Below, piece after piece: positions 59,194 through 64,000 of a DNA stretch of 64,000 nucleotides (position 1 is its first letter; every line of letters begins with the position of its first letter). The translations under genes were made by a program, and so were the position numbers. The notes beneath the pieces were generated by a model. The model was not told the origin of the DNA. It was given only the letters and a program-made list of their open reading frames with translations, and searched no databases. The DNA comes from Chloroflexota bacterium (GTDB lineage Bacteria > Chloroflexota > UBA11872 > VXOZ01): the NCBI GenBank assembly GCA_964291655.2, contig OZ219802.1, positions 2,464,001-2,528,000 of the forward strand, given 5' to 3'.

Positions 59194-59250
59194 GACTAAA
59201 AGTTACCTTTGCGCGTTGTTGGGAGCGGGCCTCCGGGAGCACTGTCGTCT

Positions 59251-59276
59251 CCGAGAGCGCGGGCGTCCCGCCCGCA
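59251..59276 (+). repeat. REP flanking the RAYT gene downstream
   Basis: CCGAGAGCGCGGGCGTCCCGCCCGCA, inverted relative to the copies at 59998-60170. Confidence 0.8.
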
Positions 59277-59378
59277 CCCTACCATACACGAGCAACTGTC
59301 GAACCGGAGCAGCTTCTATTGAGGCACCTGGGCTTCTCGCGCTGCGTGGAGCGCTGGCGCAGCCTCGCAACGTTCACG

Positions 59379-60053
59379 TCAAGTCTCTAGTTCACACCCA
59401 ATAAGCCCATTCGCCGCCCGAGCATACGCGCTGCCAAAGCGCCAGTCTTCGTTTCGTTGGCAGAGACCGGCCTTCACGGGATTGGATTCTATGTAAGCGA
59501 TGGCTGCTGTAAAGTGACGCTCATTCCGAATATAGCGATCAAAGTAATCCTGGCTCCAAAATGGCGCGGAGCAGCCAAATTGGTTGACCGCTTGATGGGC
59601 TGTAAATGACTTCCAGCTATGTATGATCGCGGATAGGGCAAGCCCTGCCAATGGTGTAAAGAGCACGTGAACATGTGTCGGCATCACAACCCATGCGTGC
59701 AAATGGTAGCGTGTGTTAGCGAAAAAGAGCAAGGCATCTTCTACCATCGCTGCAAGCTGTGGCATGCGTAGGGGCGTGTCTTTGGTCTCTTGGTCAAGGT
59801 ACGCCTCAAGCCGGCGGCGCAAGGCGGTCTTCTTGTGCGTTGCGCTGAGATGGCTAAGCTCTTGGCGCCAGCTTTCGAGTACGTCGGGCGGCAACGTTCC
59901 GGCAAGCCGGAAGGTAACCATCTGCGGGATCGCGCCGCCGTCGAAGTGTGGCAGGTAGCCACGAGAGTGCCAACCGCGCGGCTCAAGGGTGGGAGACGGC
60001 GACGATGCGGGCGAGACGCCCGCGTTCCCGGGAAGTGGGTTTCCTCTCTTCAT
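59379..60053 (-). mobile_element. REP-associated tyrosine (Y1/HUH) transposase, RAYT/TnpA-REP
   Basis: 'WHSRGYLPHFD..VTFRL', HUH in 'VVMPTHVH', 'WKSFTA', 'FW..DYFDRYIR' and 'YI..NPVKAGL..EDW'; flanked by REPs. Confidence 0.9.
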
Positions 60054-60170
60054 ACTCAAGTTGCTGGCGATGATGCGGGCGAGACGCCCGCGTTCCCGGA
60101 AAGTGGTTTTCCTCTTTTCATTCTCAAATTTCTGGTGATGATGCGGGCGGGACGCCCGCGTTCCCGGGTA
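59998..60170 (-). repeat. 2.5 x 68-bp tandem array, each unit carrying the REP CCGGGAACGCGGGCGTCTCGCCCGCA
   Basis: Units start at 59998, 60066 and 60134. Confidence 0.9.
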
Positions 60171-60196
60171 GCTCCCAGGCGTCCAATTCCCAGGCT

Positions 60197-62305
60197 CTAC
60201 ACATCCAACTCACGCGCAAGCCTGTCGGACGTGAGGGCATCTTCCCGGTAGCGCAGAGACTGAGGCGCGGCATAGGCGCGGTAGGCGGCAGTTGTGCGTC
60301 CATACGCGGCCAGCAAGGATGCAATGCTAACCGGTTGCCGCTGGTGGTCGTGGGGTGTCCACACCACCAGACGACGTGGCGCGACCAGCGCTGCGGCATC
60401 ACAGATATCGAATTCGCGTAACACGCCAAAGAGAAACCAGGATGCATCGTAGGCGTAGTGTTCGTTCTCCACCAGCCAGCGGTACGAAGCCAAGCTCTCG
60501 TAAGCAATAACTCCTGCAGCGCGCTGGTCCAGGGCGGCTGCAAACAGGGCTATCAGGGCTCCACCGCCACGGCCTCCCAGCATAATCTGCTTCGCGGTTG
60601 TCACAGGAATTGTCGCGAGCGCGTCCAACCCACGCAAGACGTCTTGCACACGCATTCCCAGCAGTGGGCGAGCCTGCAAGAATCCCATATAGGCTACTTT
60701 GTGGCTAATGTGCCCGTTGTCGCTCGTGCGAGGGTCATCAGACACTGAGAAGCCGGTCTCTCCCATACCTCTCGGGTCAAGCGCCAAGGAGGTTATCCCG
60801 CGAACCGCTAAGGCATCGAGCAAGACGGCAGTATCCTCTGAGTCTTTACCTGCTTCATCAATCCAGAGCAGCATCGTGTCTTCTTGGGCGTCGACAGGAG
60901 TGCGCAGTACGCAGGGAACCATGATGCCAGGTTCCGATTCGAACACGATGCGTTCGCGCTGCACGCGTTCACTGGAGTCAAGTGGCACTTGCGTGACATC
61001 CAATTCGCCGGTCAACGGGGAGAAGGAGAGCACGCGGCGCACGCGCTCGCGCACAACCTGCTGGTAATTTGCAGCTTCGCTCTCGGTGCCGATTTCAGGC
61101 AATGCCGGGTCTAAGTCCGCTAATTCTTTGCGGTTGAGCGAGAACACAGTCTCGCTGCCCAACTCGTAGACGTTTCCCGATTCCGTGCACCAAAGCGCTT
61201 CGTCGGGCTCGAGTGTAATCTCCGTCTCGTCGTTTCCTTCTTCTTCCTTATCGAATAAGCGGTTGAACCACGCATACGCAGCTTGGCGCATGGGCAGATG
61301 GTAGCCGTGGTTCTGTTCCGCCACGGCCAGCGAGAGGAGGTCGGGTACGTCAAGTGCGGCGTAGACGCGCTTTGCGCTTGCCACAGAGTCGCGCGCGCCC
61401 GCCAACGGAAAGTAGTCTCCCGTAGCGGCGCCCACGCATAGTGGGCGCGGCGCGACGAGCGAAACATAGTCTTCGTGGTCAAGGCCTACGGCAAGTTGAC
61501 CAAAGAGGTTCTGCTCAGCATCCTGGGGCCCGACGCTGTCCAAGAGGGCGGGGAATCCGGCTATATAGCAGGTAGGCATCGCCGCTGTCACCCGGTCGTC
61601 GAAGGGCACGTACTGGGCAGTATTCGTACCGCCGCCGGAAACTCCCGTGCAGCCGATGCGGGACGGGTCCACGTCTTCCCGGGAGAGGAGGTAGTCGAGA
61701 GCGCGAATACTATCCCAAATCATGAATTGAGCCAGGTTGGTTCCCAGCAGCAAACACTGTGCCCCCACGTTGCTATGCTCGCGAGTCGACGAAGTGAAAG
61801 CGGAATCTTGCTTGACCGGATCCCAGTACTGCCAGCGCTCGCCCTGGCCGAGAGGATCGTAGGCCAATACGAGATAGCCTTTCTCGGCAAAACCTGCGGG
61901 TGTGCGTTGATAGCTGTCCATGGCCTTGCCGTTGCGGCTGTGGCCGAGCGGGAACAGAATCCCTGGGAAAGGCGCTGTGTGCTGTTTTGGCACATAGACA
62001 AGTGCGGTCACGTAGAATCGGGGACGGCTCTCGAAGATGATCTTGTGGATCGTGTAGCGTTCACGTTCCAACTTCCCTACCACGCGCGAATTGAGAGAAC
62101 ACTTTTCTTGCGGAAACGGCCCAATGGCCTGCTCGAATGCGGTCATGAGGCGAGCCCGCCGCAGCTTCCATTGTGCCGATGTCTGGATTGCAGCGCGCTC
62201 CTTCTCCGCATGGTCGAATAGCACGTGGGCCTGCTGTATCAAGTAATTCTTGAGCATGTCTCCTGGGATTGTGTCAGTGGCGAAGAGTGCGCTCGAAGTT
62301 GCCAT
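60197..62305 (-). CDS. Double alpha/beta-hydrolase (acetylxylan esterase-like)
   Basis: 'FESRP', 'DPLGQGER', nucleophile GVSGGG; second degenerate domain with 'FESEPG..DPRGMGET..GRGGGA'. Confidence 0.85.
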   Translation of the reverse strand: MATSSALFATDTIPGDMLKNYLIQQAHVLFDHAEKERAAIQTSAQWKLRRARLMTAFEQAIGPFPQEKCSLNSRVVGKLERERYTIHKIIFESRPRFYVTALVYVPKQHTAPFPGILFPLGHSRNGKAMDSYQRTPAGFAEKGYLVLAYDPLGQGERWQYWDPVKQDSAFTSSTREHSNVGAQCLLLGTNLAQFMIWDSIRALDYLLSREDVDPSRIGCTGVSGGGTNTAQYVPFDDRVTAAMPTCYIAGFPALLDSVGPQDAEQNLFGQLAVGLDHEDYVSLVAPRPLCVGAATGDYFPLAGARDSVASAKRVYAALDVPDLLSLAVAEQNHGYHLPMRQAAYAWFNRLFDKEEEGNDETEITLEPDEALWCTESGNVYELGSETVFSLNRKELADLDPALPEIGTESEAANYQQVVRERVRRVLSFSPLTGELDVTQVPLDSSERVQRERIVFESEPGIMVPCVLRTPVDAQEDTMLLWIDEAGKDSEDTAVLLDALAVRGITSLALDPRGMGETGFSVSDDPRTSDNGHISHKVAYMGFLQARPLLGMRVQDVLRGLDALATIPVTTAKQIMLGGRGGGALIALFAAALDQRAAGVIAYESLASYRWLVENEHYAYDASWFLFGVLREFDICDAAALVAPRRLVVWTPHDHQRQPVSIASLLAAYGRTTAAYRAYAAPQSLRYREDALTSDRLARELDV

Positions 62306-62449
62306 CGGGGATCATCCCTTCCTGCGGTTCACGCGAGAGTGTCACTTGGAAGCGAGTATAGGTGCAATCCACTCGCCACGTCAATTGGCCGCCGCGGTAT
62401 GCCTAGAAATACAGGCGAGCATATCGACAAATGAGAACAGGCGAGCATA

Positions 62450-62618
62450 CCGTTCGCCCCCGTATCGTGTCGATAAGCTGAATCGAGTACGGGGCAAGCT
62501 CTGGGTATCGTCCTTGGGTGAACGCTGGAGAAATCGGTTTACAGCTTTCACCGATTTTCTCTCCATTCATGCTTCGACAAGCCTGTGCTGAGCCTGTCGA
62601 AGTGCTCAGCACGAACGG
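62450..62618. repeat. Composite palindromic repeats, including a nested 23-bp insertion at 62582-62604
   Basis: Inverted copy of the panB-panC composite (62450-62502); CTTCGACAAG[CCTGTGCTGAGCCTGTCGAAGTG]CTCAGCACGAACGG. Confidence 0.85.
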
Positions 62619-62715
62619 AGAGATCCGAGTTCACTTTTCATTCGCTTGTGGGGGTTGCGCTTGTGGGACCTTGCCGCAATTCCCCACGGTCGCCAATGCA
62701 AAACAGCACTGCGCC

Positions 62716-63420
62716 CTAGCGCTGACGAAATATGCGCTCTAGCTCTATGCCGGTGAGACTACGAATACCTACCGCAGTATAGATGATGGCAATGGAAAGG
62801 ATGATAATTGCCGGCACAGAGATAACGGGAAAACTCAAGGCCGTCATCTTGCCCAGCTCTTCGTTGAATGCCGTAGTCCCCGGCTGACTTACCACCACAA
62901 GACGCGCCAGGATGTAATTCAAGACTGAGGAAAGAAAGAACGACGCCGCTACGATGTAGGTGGCATGTACCAGGCGCTTTTCGTAGGCTGCTCGTGTGCC
63001 GCGATCATCGAGGGCGGTGTCCACCGCCTCGCTATCGATGACCTGATTCAGCAGCATGGAGAGTAGTGAAAACCGGGTCTTGAGCGAACCAAGCACAGCA
63101 ATGCCGATGAGAAGCGGAATGGCCCCTTCTTTGACGGCAATCCACATGGGATCGAGTTTGAGCAGCCCAATGCCACCGGTGAGCAGAATGCCCACGATGC
63201 CCACAACTGGGAGAAAGTTGAAAGTGCGCCGCAGCGAAAAATCAAAAATCCCGTATGCCAGTGGGAAGGCCAGCGCGACCAATAGTCCGTTGACCGGGCC
63301 CAACCATTCATCATTGCTGAAGCGCATGAGAATGATAGCGGGAACCACGATATTCAGCAGCAGACTGAGCAAAGGATTCTCGCGTCTTGCAACCGTGTTG
63401 TTCTGTGCGGAGTCACTCAT
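62716..63420 (-). CDS. VC0807-family membrane protein
   Basis: 'ENPLLSLLLNIVVP', 'W.AVKE..IP' and 'AFNEELGKMT.LSFPVI'. Confidence 0.75.
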   Translation of the reverse strand: MSDSAQNNTVARRENPLLSLLLNIVVPAIILMRFSNDEWLGPVNGLLVALAFPLAYGIFDFSLRRTFNFLPVVGIVGILLTGGIGLLKLDPMWIAVKEGAIPLLIGIAVLGSLKTRFSLLSMLLNQVIDSEAVDTALDDRGTRAAYEKRLVHATYIVAASFFLSSVLNYILARLVVVSQPGTTAFNEELGKMTALSFPVISVPAIIILSIAIIYTAVGIRSLTGIELERIFRQR

Positions 63421-63726
63421 CGAAAGTTTGCCTTCTTCGTGCGGCTACAATTCTGACTTTGATTGTACAACGTAGGGGGTTTGGAGGGCACGCGACGAGG
63501 CGCACCGCAATCCATCGATAAGTCTAACGGGAACACAAGATTGGTGCTACGCCAATTGTGATGTCCGGCTGCGTCGTCCTTAGGAGGTGTATTTGAGAGT
63601 GTGGCAATTAGACCAGGGCGATGGTTTACGTGCTGGTTAGGCCAAGCACAGGATTTGACCCAAGGTGATTTAGTGTGTTCTGCTTGCTGTGCGTAGAAAA
63701 TCTGCCCGAGGAGTAGTGAATAATCC

Positions 63727-64000
63727 ATGGTGCGCCAATTGGCGAGAGTCTCGCTCAAGAGCGGGGAGCGGATGCATTGTCTGCTGATAGAAGAACCGGA
63801 GGCAAGCTGGGCCGAAGACGTGCAGCGTTTGCTTGTGCATAAGCGCGACCACGTGCACTGGCATATCGCGCGTGCTATTGAGGGGCCGCTCGATGAGCTG
63901 GAAACACGTTTCTACCTGGGTGTGGTCAATGGGGAGGCGGTTGGCAACATCATGACGGTAGAATACGACGGCATCGGTATACTTGGTCACGTGTTCACGA
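63727..64000 (+). CDS. Probable GNAT-like protein, truncated by the window end
   Basis: Open frame MVRQLARVSLKSGE...FYLGVVNGEAVGNIMTVEYDGIGILGHVFT after GAGGAG; absent from the ORF track because it has no stop. Confidence 0.6.
   Translation, partial: MVRQLARVSLKSGERMHCLLIEEPEASWAEDVQRLLVHKRDHVHWHIARAIEGPLDELETRFYLGVVNGEAVGNIMTVEYDGIGILGHVFT

Noticed and set aside
59998-60170. CRISPR-like repeat-spacer array
   Set aside because: The intervening segments are near-identical, so this is a tandem duplication of a REP unit; no cas genes in the window.
731-63990. Many long antisense or overlapping ORFs in the track (e.g. 42701-43609, 57247-58065, 45989-46828)
   Set aside because: Shadow frames of GC-rich genes with no recognisable motifs.

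Overview
A GC-rich bacterial chromosomal segment. The Chloroflexota-type 'FPETGH/GFPVTEE' surface repeats, plant-type LRR proteins and tandem enolase paralogs suggest Chloroflexota, possibly Dehalococcoidia/SAR202-like and host-associated; this taxonomy is inference. Most of the window is housekeeping and catabolic genes: leuCD, ilvE, panB/panC with a PanG-like gene, argJ, argC, a class I aldolase, uppP, a PduO-type gene, SDRs, an Fe-ADH, two enolase-superfamily dehydratases and an ABC exporter pair. It also holds tRNA-Leu(GAG), tmRNA, a probable yybP-ykoY riboswitch before terC, a hicAB toxin-antitoxin pair and a REP-associated tyrosine transposase (RAYT). The intergenic DNA is rich in several short palindromic repeat families. 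Most notable observations: (1) a 23-bp module found five times inserted precisely inside other palindromic repeats, with uninterrupted versions of the hosts elsewhere in the window; (2) an IscA/HesB-family gene whose 'stop' looks like a C-terminal selenocysteine followed by a SECIS-like hairpin; (3) a RAYT whose own REP forms a 68-bp tandem array overlapping its N-terminus; (4) an 18-repeat LRR lipoprotein with a near-invariant scaffold and variable binding-face residues. No CRISPR array, prophage or rRNA was seen. All product calls come from motif recognition by eye, not database searches.
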